Shown: one piece after another, positions 46,641 to 57,300 of the stretch | How the letters are laid out: the number at the start of each line of letters is the position of its first letter | Position numbering within the stretch: position 1 is the first letter of the stretch | Source of the DNA: a virus | Lineage: Duplodnaviria; Caudoviricetes | Virus record (IMG/VR): IMGVR_UViG_3300028591_000109 | Span: 64,001 to 128,000 of that record | DNA length: 64,000 nt | Strand: one strand, 5' to 3' | Made by a program: the position numbers and the translations under genes | Notes under the pieces: model-generated | Databases searched by the model: none | Told to the model about the DNA's origin: nothing | Seen by the model: the letters and a program-made list of their open reading frames with translations, nothing else

Positions 46641-46668
46641 AAAAGCCGCTCCTTTGCGGGAGCGGCTG
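46641..46668 (-). terminator. Intrinsic terminator
   Basis: agccgctcc/ggagcggct stem with T-tract on the minus strand. Confidence 0.75.
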
Positions 46669-46700
46669 TATAATATATAAATGTGTGCGGGCATTGCGGG

Positions 46701-47351
46701 CTAAGACTTTTTCGGGGTTATTACAATCTCTGTCTCGTCGCCAATAGTACTATACAATCGTGGATTTTTGTCAGCGAATGCCTTGCCGATGGCAGCGATA
46801 ACGCTAATGTCTATGCCACCCCTTACGAACAGGTGTATATAATCGTCCACTTTGACATTCTCTAACGAGCATTCACCTCCGAAATCGTCGTTGTCAAGTA
46901 TCTCTGTCACTTTCTCTGCCACTGCTTGCTCTTTCTCTGAGTAGTCGCATCTTTCAGCCATAAGAGCATCCTTCACATATTGGTGGTATTCGTCTTTCCA
47001 CAGACCATGCTTTGCCAGCAGGGAAACGATGTTGCATGAAGGTTCAAAATCGTCACAATCATACACATCACGTTGTGTCTCTATCCAGTCACGGATATCA
47101 TAGCAGTCGATGTCATAGTCCTTGTCAATCAGGCAAACATCGTCCTCGTTCTCTACGACTCTATCAAGCGACCACCGCTCCATACGCTCGTCGCCATGAA
47201 TAAGATAGCGCGTCACTACGCAGTCATCGTCCGTCAGGATGCGCACCTTGCGGTCTGCTTCTCCAAGAGTATAGCCCTTGTCGTCTTCTTTGCGACAGTC
47301 CAGTTTCAGCTTTACCAGTACGTTTACTTCTTCGATTGATATTACTTTCAT
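46701..47351 (-). CDS. Hypothetical protein
   Basis: 216 aa, acidic, ACGACTATG leader. Confidence 0.6.
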   Translation of the reverse strand: MKVISIEEVNVLVKLKLDCRKEDDKGYTLGEADRKVRILTDDDCVVTRYLIHGDERMERWSLDRVVENEDDVCLIDKDYDIDCYDIRDWIETQRDVYDCDDFEPSCNIVSLLAKHGLWKDEYHQYVKDALMAERCDYSEKEQAVAEKVTEILDNDDFGGECSLENVKVDDYIHLFVRGGIDISVIAAIGKAFADKNPRLYSTIGDETEIVITPKKS

Positions 47352-47364
47352 AGTCGTTTTGTTT

Positions 47365-47664
47365 TTAATTCGTTTCGTCATTCAGCATATCCTCCACGCC
47401 CTGCCAGTCTTTGAGCACGATGTGGGTAATGAGATTGATGGCGATGCCGACAAAACCGTCCTTCAGTTCGCCATAGGAAGTATTTACCATCGAGAGGTTG
47501 CCGAGAGTTATCTTCACTGCGGCCCGCTGCTCCTGCGTCAACGCAAACTTACGGGCGAGGCTGTCGGTGGTGTCGCCGATATTCTCTTCGCCTTCGATTG
47601 TACGATTGAGGAAGTCGGTCATTATCGAGATTACTTCCTTCTGGTAGATTTCATATTCGTTCAT
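47365..47664 (-). CDS. Hypothetical protein
   Basis: 99 aa in a co-oriented gene run. Confidence 0.55.
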   Translation of the reverse strand: MNEYEIYQKEVISIMTDFLNRTIEGEENIGDTTDSLARKFALTQEQRAAVKITLGNLSMVNTSYGELKDGFVGIAINLITHIVLKDWQGVEDMLNDETN

Positions 47665-47687
47665 ACTTTCGTTTCGTTTTTAGTTCG

Positions 47688-48104
47688 TTAATGCTTCTTC
47701 TTGCCATACTGCGGCTTCCCTCTATTCCAGCAACGGAGTAGTTCTGCCGCCGTGAACGGGAGGTCGGTGTAGCCGTGGTCATCCAGCAACGCCGCCACGT
47801 CCTTAACTGTCATCTGCACGCCGTCTTTAAGCCCATAGAATGCCGATGCCTCCAACTCCTTGTCCATATCCTTATGCTCAGACAGCCACTTAAAGATGGC
47901 GGCCTCCTTGCGCTTGATGTCTGCCACCTGCTGACGGCTTCTCGACTTATAGCCATAGCCAGCGTAAGCCTTCTGCACAGTCTTATAGCCGTAACCGTTG
48001 GCATCGTCCAATATCTCTCCCGTCTCAGTATTCACCACGATAAAGCGCGGCTCAAACTGCTCTGAGAGTTCCTTCGACTTGATTACTTTGATGTTGTCGT
48101 CCAT
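47688..48104 (-). CDS. Hypothetical protein
   Basis: 138 aa; GEILDDANGYGYKT motif. Confidence 0.6.
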   Translation of the reverse strand: MDDNIKVIKSKELSEQFEPRFIVVNTETGEILDDANGYGYKTVQKAYAGYGYKSRSRQQVADIKRKEAAIFKWLSEHKDMDKELEASAFYGLKDGVQMTVKDVAALLDDHGYTDLPFTAAELLRCWNRGKPQYGKKKH

Positions 48105-48126
48105 TATTCGTGTAGCTTTTAATTGT

Positions 48127-48582
48127 TCAACTCAATTTCTCCTTGTGATACTCTCCCAACCAGTCGCCCATTTCGCGGAGGATGCGAGCGGTGACGAGGT
48201 GGTCGGTGGGGATGCCGTTGAGGAAGGTTATCTTCTTCGTGGCATTGAAGCGGTGGTTGCGGAAGGTGACTACCACGCCGTAGTCCTGGTCGGTCACTAC
48301 CCACCCCTTGCGGTCGGCAGAGCCTTGCAGCAGGAAGCGTCCCTCGCGCACTGGTGGCGGGGCAGCTACGGGCTTGATGTCAATCTTAGTGGGCACCGGC
48401 TCTGGATTGTCGGCCTTGATGGCCTCTATCAGCGGATGGCCCAGCTTGTCGGCACGCTCCAGTATGGCGGGTATCTTACCGATGGCATCGTCCTGACTCG
48501 CGGCCTCGATGTTGTTCAGGTCAAGCCGCACAGTGTCGCCACTGTGCAGCTTGTAGGTCAGTTGTATCAGGTAGTAGGGCAT
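48127..48582 (-). CDS. Hypothetical protein
   Basis: GWVVTD...HRFN...LREMGDWL domain. Confidence 0.6.
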   Translation of the reverse strand: MPYYLIQLTYKLHSGDTVRLDLNNIEAASQDDAIGKIPAILERADKLGHPLIEAIKADNPEPVPTKIDIKPVAAPPPVREGRFLLQGSADRKGWVVTDQDYGVVVTFRNHRFNATKKITFLNGIPTDHLVTARILREMGDWLGEYHKEKLS

Positions 48583-48794
48583 GGGGCTTGCTTGTAGAGT
48601 TGACAACTGGTCTTGCGGTTCCTCACTGCGAGGAAGAACACAGCTTCGCCGGGCTGTGGCTCATAGGTGGCATGAACAAACATACAGGTCTGGCCGTTGG
48701 TGGCCACATACTTCTCCCATCCCTGTGCCAGGCTGGGGGCGCGGAGCCCGTCGTAATACGACTGGGCCACCGCTGATAATTCGAGTAGATTCAT
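48567..48794 (-). CDS. Hypothetical protein
   Basis: 75 aa in operon. Confidence 0.5.
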   Translation of the reverse strand: MNLLELSAVAQSYYDGLRAPSLAQGWEKYVATNGQTCMFVHATYEPQPGEAVFFLAVRNRKTSCQLYKQAPCPTT

Positions 48795-48806
48795 ATTGCT
48801 TGTATT

Positions 48807-49868
48807 TTAGTGATTAAGTGCATACTCTATAGCTTTCTCGGCGTAATATTCCACACCGAAGAGTTTACCATATTTGCGGAGGTCGGCGATGCTGATGTCG
48901 TTAGCCCTATGACCGATGACTTCCTCGTACTTATGCTTGAACTCCGACGTGCCCGGACGACAGTTGCCAGCGTTGAGTGAGTCTTGGAACGTGATGCGCA
49001 GCGTGCCGTTAGCCTTCTGCTCGGCACGACGCTCGTTCTTCTTGCGCTGGTTCAGCAGTCGGGCCATCTGCATGGCACGGTGCTCGGCACTGATAGCCTG
49101 TGCCTCCTTCAGCGTCTTTGCCTCGATGTGCTCGCCGCGAACCAGAAAGCCACTCACGGTGCGGATCTTGCTTATTTCGCGCTCCTGCTCTATCCACTCG
49201 CAAACCACGCCCTTTCGGCTATAGTTCACGTCCTTTACAAAAGTGAGCAAGCCGCCGACGAGCACGACATGCCATCCCTTGCGGATGTTGAGCGTGAACG
49301 AGCGGGTAATCTTCCAGTACTTACATCTTCCGGAATAGCGGTCGAAGTCCTCATGCACGTCGATGCCGTTCTTGTCTCCGTAGCGTGCGGTCGTAGTGCC
49401 GACATTCTCTCCCTTGCGAATTTGCATAAGGGTATTGTCAATGCCGTACATGCCGTCCTCTTTCAACATGCGGTCGATAGCATCACGCTCGCGCTGGGCC
49501 TTGACTGCACGGCGTTTGCTTTCGTCCTCAGCCTTCGCCCACTCGTCGATGTTGTCCGGATGGTACGGCTTGGCAAAGTACTCAGCCATCTGCTTGCGCA
49601 CGGCCTTGGCTCGTTTCTCGATGGCCTTCCGGCACTCGTCTTTCTTCGAGGCAGGCCAGTCGGTAGTCTCGATGGTCGTCCACCATGTGATGACGAACCC
49701 TGCCTTACGCTCCGGTCCTCCATGCGACGGGATGTCCACGTCCAACGTGTCGCCTTTTGAAAACTTTCTGGTTGGCAGCAATTTCCAACCCTGTGCTTTT
49801 GCGAAGCGAATCTCCTGCTTCGTATAGACACTCTTGATAATGCTCTCGGTGTTGACAGTCTTTGTCAT
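48807..49868 (-). CDS. Basic hypothetical protein
   Basis: 353 aa; DSLNAGNC..GT C-terminal motif; own TATCTTTG promoter near 49949-49956. Confidence 0.65.
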   Translation of the reverse strand: MTKTVNTESIIKSVYTKQEIRFAKAQGWKLLPTRKFSKGDTLDVDIPSHGGPERKAGFVITWWTTIETTDWPASKKDECRKAIEKRAKAVRKQMAEYFAKPYHPDNIDEWAKAEDESKRRAVKAQRERDAIDRMLKEDGMYGIDNTLMQIRKGENVGTTTARYGDKNGIDVHEDFDRYSGRCKYWKITRSFTLNIRKGWHVVLVGGLLTFVKDVNYSRKGVVCEWIEQEREISKIRTVSGFLVRGEHIEAKTLKEAQAISAEHRAMQMARLLNQRKKNERRAEQKANGTLRITFQDSLNAGNCRPGTSEFKHKYEEVIGHRANDISIADLRKYGKLFGVEYYAEKAIEYALNH

Positions 49869-50316
49869 AATGCGTTGCCCATGCCCTTGGGACTTGTTTT
49901 GCTATCTGGCGCAGCGTTTAAAATGTTCGTTGTAGCAACTTTCGGTTGCAAAGATAATACAAATTCTTGAAAGTCTTGCAGAAATTAGCAAGAATTATCT
50001 TCTGTGATAGTCAGGCCGCGCTTGGCGGCCTTCTCGTAGAAGTCTCGGCGGCACTCCGGCGTGGGGAACCATGCGAGGGTGCGCAGTTCCCTGCCGTCTT
50101 GTGCCGTGAGGGTCAGTCCACAGACACCGTTCATAGTTCTACGGGGAATTTGTCGTGAATAGCCATTAGTGTTTCGATGTCGCTCCAGTAGAGGTTATGC
50201 ACCTGACTGCTGCCGGTGTTCATGCCGGGGTAGCGGCGCCAGGTGTGGGTCACTGCGTGCAGGCAACTCTTCATTGCCTTCGCTTCTTCGGGTGTGAGAT
50301 TGATTGTCATAGCCGT

Positions 50317-51312
50317 TTACTTGTTTTGATTGTTATACTTGCCTTCTATCATCAGTGCTCCCATGCGTCCGTTGATCTGGTAGCACCAGGTGATGGTGTC
50401 GTCAGCGTCGTTGAACACATGGTAGGTGTTGCGGGGCTTCGAGAGCGGGTCGCCGTAGCGGTTGTATTTCTCGGTGGTCTTGCCCATGCGGGTGAAGCCG
50501 TGGTCGGCGATGAGCTCATAGACGGTGCATGACACGTATTTGCCGCCGCTCACCTTGAAGCAGCTGCGCTCCTCCAGTCCTGCCAGCACCGTGCCCCGCT
50601 GCATGGCGGTGAGCTTGTCTGGCAGCATGCCAAGCTCCGTGAGGCGCTGCAGTTTCGCGTCTTCGGCGGCTCGCTCCTCGGCCTTCTTGCGCTCTTCGGC
50701 CTCGCGCTCCTTGCGCCGGGCTTCCATTTCGGCCTTTGCCTCTGCCTCGCGCTGTGCCATCAGTTCGCTGCGCTGTATCTCCAGCAGGGGATAGTAGCCG
50801 GAGCCCACCTCCTTGAAAGCCCGGATGGTGGCGGCGCTGACCCACGTGCCGCTGTCGAGCAGGTAGTTGGGGTAGTCCTGGTAGCGGCGCAGGGCGGCAT
50901 AGCGCTCGTCGCGGTACTTCTTGCGGCTGTCGAATCTCTCGCGCCACGACGCCTTGCACTCGGCCACCTTCTCCGGGGTCATGGGGTGGTAGCGCATGCT
51001 CTCGGGGCTGTAGGTCACGGCCATCTGCTCGTCGTACTCGCGGTCTATCTCCTCGTCGGTCTTCAGCAGGTATTCCTCCATCATGCGTGTAGAGATGGTG
51101 TGCATGGTGGGTATCATCACGGCCACGTTATCGCTCAGCTGGGCGTAGAGGAGATAGTAGCCGTCCTCATACTCATACCACAGCGGAGTTTCTGCGCCGT
51201 CGTTGCTCACGAGGGGCAGCAGTTCGTGGATGTCGGTCAGTTCGATGTTGCGACGCTTGGGGGTGTTTCCGTCGCTGCCAATGTAGTGGCACCAGAATTT
51301 CTTTGTTGTCAT
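50317..51312 (-). CDS. Hypothetical protein with coiled coil
   Basis: 331 aa. Confidence 0.65.
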   Translation of the reverse strand: MTTKKFWCHYIGSDGNTPKRRNIELTDIHELLPLVSNDGAETPLWYEYEDGYYLLYAQLSDNVAVMIPTMHTISTRMMEEYLLKTDEEIDREYDEQMAVTYSPESMRYHPMTPEKVAECKASWRERFDSRKKYRDERYAALRRYQDYPNYLLDSGTWVSAATIRAFKEVGSGYYPLLEIQRSELMAQREAEAKAEMEARRKEREAEERKKAEERAAEDAKLQRLTELGMLPDKLTAMQRGTVLAGLEERSCFKVSGGKYVSCTVYELIADHGFTRMGKTTEKYNRYGDPLSKPRNTYHVFNDADDTITWCYQINGRMGALMIEGKYNNQNK

Positions 51313-51336
51313 AGTTCGTTACTTGTTTTGATGGGG

Positions 51337-51624
51337 TTATTGTTCCTTGATGATTCCGCTGCCGAAGGTGCCGTAGAGGTCGCTCATCATGCGCCCTACG
51401 TGGAAGGTGCTCATGCCTGGCATTGTGCGGTCGTTGCCCTCGGTGTCGTGGGCGTGTACTTCCCAGATGTCGCGCTCCACACTGGTCTGCTTGCAGTCGA
51501 AGCGGCAGTTGCCAAACTGGTAGCTCTGTGTGCGCCCTGCGGCGGCGGCCTTGTTCAGCTGCTCGATGTAGAAGAGTGATGACCACTCCCAGTTTTCCTT
51601 TTGCTTTTGCTTTTTCTTTGCCAT
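51337..51624 (-). CDS. Hypothetical protein
   Basis: 95 aa, ACGACTATG leader. Confidence 0.6.
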   Translation of the reverse strand: MAKKKQKQKENWEWSSLFYIEQLNKAAAAGRTQSYQFGNCRFDCKQTSVERDIWEVHAHDTEGNDRTMPGMSTFHVGRMMSDLYGTFGSGIIKEQ

Positions 51625-51636
51625 AGTCGTGACGTT

Positions 51637-51858
51637 TTAATTGTTCTCGTTACTGTCTATCCATGCCATCGCTTCCTTGTCGGTCTTGAACGATTGGCCC
51701 ACATACTTGCCGCGCTGGTAGAGATACCACCGCTTTCTGTGCAGTTTCCTGTCTGCTGATACTGGTGAACTGTATTTCTGCAGTCTCACGTCATATCCTC
51801 CATAGGCGAAGCAGTCGATGCAACCGCACGCCTTTTCCATCATCCTGTCGTCTGTCAT
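51637..51858 (-). CDS. Hypothetical protein
   Basis: 73 aa, ACGACTATG leader. Confidence 0.55.
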   Translation of the reverse strand: MTDDRMMEKACGCIDCFAYGGYDVRLQKYSSPVSADRKLHRKRWYLYQRGKYVGQSFKTDKEAMAWIDSNENN

Positions 51859-51991
51859 AGTCGTGATGTTTTAATTTCGGGGGTTAATACTTACTTCTTG
51901 CAGGCCCACTGCACAAACCAGAGCCATGCGAAAAAGCCCATTATCCAATTCTCGATCATTCGTTACTTGTTTTTAGGGGGTTAAACTTTTC

Positions 51992-52681
51992 TTAATCTTT
52001 GTGCCACTCGGTCGTGACGTACTCGGTCAGGATGGCGCGGTTGTCGTTGTCAAGCTCGCGCCAGAACATTTGCATAGCGGCCTTGCTGCCGTACTTCTCG
52101 TAGCAGTAGTCCCACTTCTGCTGCAGGTGCTGACGGTTGCAGTGGGCCTTGGGGTGGCGCACCATGTAGTCGAGCCACAGGTTCTCGTCGTCGTAGTCCA
52201 TGCACCAGTCGCTCCAGAGGGCGATAATGTCCTTCGCCTCCGAGGGAGAAGCCTCGGACTGCTGCTTGTCCTGCGCTGCCTGCTCCAGCCAGCGGGCTAT
52301 GTTCTGCAGCGTGTCGGTAGGCAGGCTTTCGGGATCCACCTGTACCTCGGGCAGGTTGGTGAAGTCCACAAGGAAGGTGAGCGGCGTGGGATCGTCGGCG
52401 TTGTAGTGCATGGCGAACACGAAGCCCTGTTCGTCCGTGCCGTCGTCGAAGTAAATAGGCACGAAGTTCAGCCCATCGCACACGGGCTTTGTGCCGAAGT
52501 TATACAGGTCGATGCCTATCTGCCCCGGTGTGAGGCGGCTCTCGCTGATGCGCAGCGGCTCCGGCTTTATCCTGCCATTCAGGTAATAGTTAGACACTGT
52601 GGCCACGAGGTCGGTGAGATACTGGATGGCCTGCTGCTTCTCGTTCTGTTGGTCGATGACCTGGTTCTTTGTCTTGCTCAT
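51992..52681 (-). CDS. Hypothetical protein
   Basis: 229 aa. Confidence 0.65.
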   Translation of the reverse strand: MSKTKNQVIDQQNEKQQAIQYLTDLVATVSNYYLNGRIKPEPLRISESRLTPGQIGIDLYNFGTKPVCDGLNFVPIYFDDGTDEQGFVFAMHYNADDPTPLTFLVDFTNLPEVQVDPESLPTDTLQNIARWLEQAAQDKQQSEASPSEAKDIIALWSDWCMDYDDENLWLDYMVRHPKAHCNRQHLQQKWDYCYEKYGSKAAMQMFWRELDNDNRAILTEYVTTEWHKD

Positions 52682-52705
52682 TGTCGTATGGGGTTTAGTT
52701 GTGAT

Positions 52706-52900
52706 TTACTTGTGGTTATGAATACTCAGCGTCTCGGTGTTGGCCGTGCGCAGATAGCGGCGACGGAAGATGGTGCCAGGGTTGTTGATGCAGAGGTCTT
52801 TCATCTTGGCGTTAGCCTCCTGAAGCGTGTACTCGATACCGTCGAGCGGTATGTAATTGCCACGCTTCTTCACTTGGATTTCATAGAGTTTCGTTTCCAT
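52706..52900 (-). CDS. Hypothetical protein
   Basis: 64 aa. Confidence 0.5.
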   Translation of the reverse strand: METKLYEIQVKKRGNYIPLDGIEYTLQEANAKMKDLCINNPGTIFRRRYLRTANTETLSIHNHK

Positions 52901-52960
52901 AATGCTTGAATTGTTTTTGTTGGGGTTTTAATTGGGGTTGAAATGGGGTTGGAAAAGTGA

Positions 52961-53032
52961 TCTCTCAATCCACTTGCAAGGTGCTCTCTCAATGCAGTTG
53001 CAAGGTGATCTCTCAATGCAGTTGCAAGGTGA
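52961..53032. repeat. Three tandem 24-bp repeats TCTCTCAATGCAGTTGCAAGGTGA
   Basis: Two identical copies and one with 3 mismatches; intergenic. Confidence 0.9.
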
Positions 53033-53036
53033 TATA

Positions 53037-53447
53037 TCAGGGTATCTCCACCACCTCGGCATCTGTCCAGTCCATCTGGTCCCAATCGAGGTCGTAGCAA
53101 GTCAGTGTCTTCTCGTCGCAGTCGATGACGTAGCCATAGGCACTGTCGCCGTGTGGCGCAATGGCACACTGGTATTCCATGTCTGGCTTCTCCTCCTTAG
53201 TGTAGTAGTCGACGACCTTACAGGCCCCGCGCACCAGGTCGGTGGCGATTGCCTCTGCATTCCACCCGCCGTCGGTATAGTCGTTGCGGTCTTTCAGGAA
53301 TTTCTTCAGTGCGCTTCCTACGCCTTCAGGGTAACCGTCATGGTGGTGATACAGCAAGATTTCGCGCTCGGTCAGTTTGTCCTGCTCCATGTCCGCGTCG
53401 GTCATATAGACGCGCTCTTTGATTCTGATTGTTGCTCTTGTGCTCAT
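53037..53447 (-). CDS. Conserved phage protein
   Basis: MSTRA..., LYHHHDGYPEGVG motif. Confidence 0.65.
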   Translation of the reverse strand: MSTRATIRIKERVYMTDADMEQDKLTEREILLYHHHDGYPEGVGSALKKFLKDRNDYTDGGWNAEAIATDLVRGACKVVDYYTKEEKPDMEYQCAIAPHGDSAYGYVIDCDEKTLTCYDLDWDQMDWTDAEVVEIP

Positions 53448-53476
53448 AATGCTTGTTTGTTTTATAGTCGTTTCGT

Positions 53477-53779
53477 TTAAAGTTTATAAAGATAGCAATA
53501 TTCCCAGGGCCAGTGGCTGCTGTATTCGCATACCACGTCGGGCTTTAAGCCGAAGCCCAGCTCCTCGCCACGCGACACAAGGTACTCGCAGCCGAATTCC
53601 AGCGTGCCCTTAACAATCTTAGTACAAGCAGCACTTGAAGCAAACGTGATGTTCACGTCGATGTCCTCTTCCCTTGTCAGTTCAGCGTGATTTATCGCCT
53701 CCATATAGACGATGTGATGTTTCTTGCCGTCGGCTGCAAAGAATGGCAGCATCTGTGCCAATGTCGTTTTTGTAATCAT
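53477..53779 (-). CDS. Hypothetical protein
   Basis: 100 aa, ACGACTATG leader. Confidence 0.55.
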   Translation of the reverse strand: MITKTTLAQMLPFFAADGKKHHIVYMEAINHAELTREEDIDVNITFASSAACTKIVKGTLEFGCEYLVSRGEELGFGLKPDVVCEYSSHWPWEYCYLYKL

Positions 53780-53800
53780 AGTCGTGATGTTGTTAGGTTA

Positions 53801-54241
53801 TTAGTCTGCATAGCAATCAAGAAGCCAGTCCGTCATTTCCTGCTCCAGCCATTTGCAACAGGCCATGATGTCGTGCTTGAAGTTCTTTGTCACGTTATAC
53901 TTGTCGTCGCCCATAGCTTCCACCACGTCGTTGAGTGCAGAAGTGTTGATGGTGTGCTTGTTGAAGAACACGACGCACACGTCATCGGCATTGCGGTGCT
54001 CATACACCACCCAGTTACCTTGACGGTCGGGGTGCTTCCATGAGCGAAGGCTAAACACATAACCCTGCTCACGGCAGTTCTCGTAGCGTCCGACGTGAAT
54101 CCATGCGTCGTAGCGGCGTGCCTTCGTGTCGTAGTCGCTTGCGTCAAGGATAAACTCATTGTGGCCTCGCAGATAGGCCAGCACCATCTGAGCCTGCCAG
54201 CAGGCTCCGTCGTTCATGTACTGTTCGATGCTTGTTGTCAT
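53801..54241 (-). CDS. Hypothetical protein
   Basis: 146 aa; RYENCREQGY motif. Confidence 0.6.
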   Translation of the reverse strand: MTTSIEQYMNDGACWQAQMVLAYLRGHNEFILDASDYDTKARRYDAWIHVGRYENCREQGYVFSLRSWKHPDRQGNWVVYEHRNADDVCVVFFNKHTINTSALNDVVEAMGDDKYNVTKNFKHDIMACCKWLEQEMTDWLLDCYAD

Positions 54242-54305
54242 AATCGTAATGTTTTAATTCGTTTAATTAGTGAAATTCGTGTTCGTTATAAAGGGCATGA
54301 AAACT

Positions 54306-54385
54306 GGGGGTTAACTTGCGCTTCGGTCCAAGTTAACTTTCATGGGTAGCTCAAGTTAACTTGGACCAAAGTCTAAGTCCACCCC
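54306..54385. repeat. 80-bp imperfect palindrome with AAGTTAACTT cores
   Basis: ggtccaagttaactt-N13-aagttaacttggacc, with weaker outer arms. Confidence 0.8.
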
Positions 54386-54389
54386 GTGT

Positions 54390-57300
54390 TTACGCCGCCT
54401 GCTTCAGCCCGCCGTCGCTCTCGGAGGCATTGCCCTCGGAGCCGCCGGACTGCTTGCCGTTCATCTCAGCGTTGATCTTGCGGTCGAGCTTGGCGAGGTC
54501 GGCCTTGGCCTGGCGCAGCTCGTCCTCCTTTGGCCACGTCTGCTTCAACAGTTCGTCGAGCTGGCGGATAGTCACGTTGTTGTCGGCTATCCAGCGTTGC
54601 CAGTCGGCGATGCGGCGGGGTAGTTCCTGCAGACAGCGCAGACCATACTCCGCTGCCCGACGGGGCGAAACATGGGAGAGTTTGCCGTTATTCATGGTGT
54701 GCAGGATGCGGTTGCCTTGCAGCGAGAAGAGGTTGGTATATTCCATCGACTCGTTGCCGTCGATATCACGGAAAATCTGCTCGTTGGTCTTCACCAGCAG
54801 GTCGAAGCCGTATAGCGAGCCTATCTTCAGGCGGACACCCTGCGTGCGGGCTGTCTGCTCGATGCGCCACAGCCGCTCACCGATGGCCTTCTCATAGTCG
54901 GGGCTCCCGACGGCAAAACCGTCGGGCACACTAAATCCGTCGAGCGTGAGAGCGTTCAGCACCGTGCCGTCCTCATAGCGAGTAAGGCGCTTCCGCTCAT
55001 ACTGCTGCTGGTCGGCCTGTGCATCGCTCACGTCCTGCTTCAGCCGCTCCACGTCCTTCTGCAGTCGGTCGCGGCGCTCCTCTGCCTGTCGCTGGTCGCG
55101 GTGGAAGTTCTTGCGCTCCACCTCTAAGGCGGCAATCTTCTTGTCGAGCTTGGCACGCTCCAGCAGGTCGGTGTTGCCGGAGAGGATAGCCATGTACTCG
55201 GCGAAGTTCATGTTGCCTTTCTCGTCCATGCTTCCCTCGTCGAGGGTGCGCTTGCCCAACTGCCCCTGCTTCAGCTGCTGGATAAAGGTCTGCTTGCAGT
55301 GCAGCAGATTGAACTTATAGGCATCCAACGACCGCTTCACGGCGTAGATGATCACATCCACCTTGTTGTCGCCATAGTCGCGGGCTATCACGTTGCCCTT
55401 ACGCACGGCCCTGCCGTCGCGCTGCTCCAGGTCGGCGGGGCGCCAGGGGGTGTCGAGGTGATGCACCGCCACCACTCGCTCCTGGGCGTTGACCCCCGTG
55501 CCGAGCATCGAGGTAGAGCCGAAGAGGATGCGCACGTCGCCGTCGTTCACCTCGTGGATGAGTTTCTTCTTTTTCGTGTCGCACCGTGCCTCCTGTATGA
55601 AGCGTATCTCCGAGGCCGGTATGCCGTAGTCCTCCACCAGCTTGCGCTTGATTTCCTCGTAGATGTTGAACTTCCCGTCGTTTTGCCACGTCGAGAGGTC
55701 CGAGAATATCATCTGCGTACCCTTCACATCCTCGAACTTGTGATAGTACTGGGCCACCATCTTGGCACACATGCTCGCCTTGCTCCGTGGGTGGTCGCCA
55801 TACGACGGGTCGATGAGCCGCATGTCGAGACTCATCTTGCGGGCCAGGTCGGTAGCATACAGCATCTTCGCCATCTCCTGCTGCTTGGTGGGGTTGTCGA
55901 TACCTATCAGCGAGAAGTCGCCCGTCTCGGCAAACTTCATCAGCGTGTGGATAAACTCTGCCTGGTCGGGGGTCGGTTCGATGTGCATCAGTCGGGCATA
56001 CTTATCAGGGCGCTCGATGCCTACGTCCTTTGCCGTGCGGTAGTCGGTGATTTCATTATAGAACTGCGCCAGCTCCGGCACCTTGATAAAGTAGCGGAAG
56101 CGCTCCTTTAGCACTATCTGATTGGTCAACCCGAACTCATACTCCTGCGTCTTGCGGGTGAAGATAGCCGCCCAGGCATCGAAACAGGTGATGCCCTGCT
56201 TGGCCATCGCCTGCGGTCGCAGATAGCGGAACAGGCTGTACAGCTCCGTCAGACTGTTCGTAATCGTCGTGCCACTGAGGAACGTCGCGCCGAGGTCACG
56301 CCCCGTGCGCTGCTGAATGGTGCGTATGGCCATCAGCAGATTGTAGGCCCGCTTGCTTCCGTCCGTGTTGCCTAAGCCTGCCACGCGGTCGTGACGGGTG
56401 GTGAAGCCCAGGTTCTTGAACTGGTGGCTCTCGTCGATGAAGATGTGGTCGATACCCATCATCTTGAAGTCCACCACGTCGTCGGTGCGCTTGCGAATAG
56501 AGTATTGCAAGTCCTGAAGTTTCGATTGCAAGTTGGCTTTCTTCTTCTCCAGTCCGCGCTTCAGCCGGCTCGATACGCTGTCCCACGAGCCATACAGTGC
56601 GCTCAGACTCTCGTTCAGGTGATTCAGTTCCTCACGGATCACGTCGGCCTGCACCTCGTCCGACTGCGGTATGAAGCCGAACTGGTCGTGGCTCATGATC
56701 ACCACGTCCCAGTCGTTGTTCTTCATGCGGTTGAAGAAGTTCTCACGCTCCTTGCCTGAGTAGTCGGCATGCTTGGCATAGAGCACACGGGCCTTGGGGT
56801 AAGCCGTCATATACGTCTCGGCGATGGCGGCCACGTTGGCCTTCAGTCCGATAATCATCGGCTTGTGGCAGAAGCCCAGTCGCTTCATCTCGTGGGCGGC
56901 GAGACACATGATAAGCGTCTTGCCACTGCCTACCTCGTGGTCGCAGATGCCACCACCGTTCATCGTGAGCATCCAGATGCAGTCCTCCTGGCTCTTATAC
57001 AGACCGCCGCTCACCTTCTTGCCGTCCTTATACACCGGCTGCGGTATGCCGTACTTCGCCTCCAGCCCCTGCCAGTCGATGCCGGGGAACCGCTGGTGGC
57101 TTCCGTCGAACTGCGGCTTCACGTGGCAGTTGAACAGTCGGTTGTATTTGTCAGTCAGTCCGTCGCGCAGCGCCTTCGGCTGTCGCAAGAGCCAGTCCTG
57201 ATAGCCCTGTCTGATTTCCTCAATCAGCGTGTTAGCCTTCTGTGTAGCCTCCGGATCCTCGTCCTTCTCATAGCTCTTACCGCTGGCGGTCTTAATCTTG

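Noticed and set aside
49882-49890. TGCCCTTGG as a tenth promoter motif
   Set aside because: Mismatch in the first box, no clean ATMWT at the 20-nt spacing, and it points away from the adjacent gene
52961-53032. Possible CRISPR repeats
   Set aside because: Head-to-tail copies with no spacers
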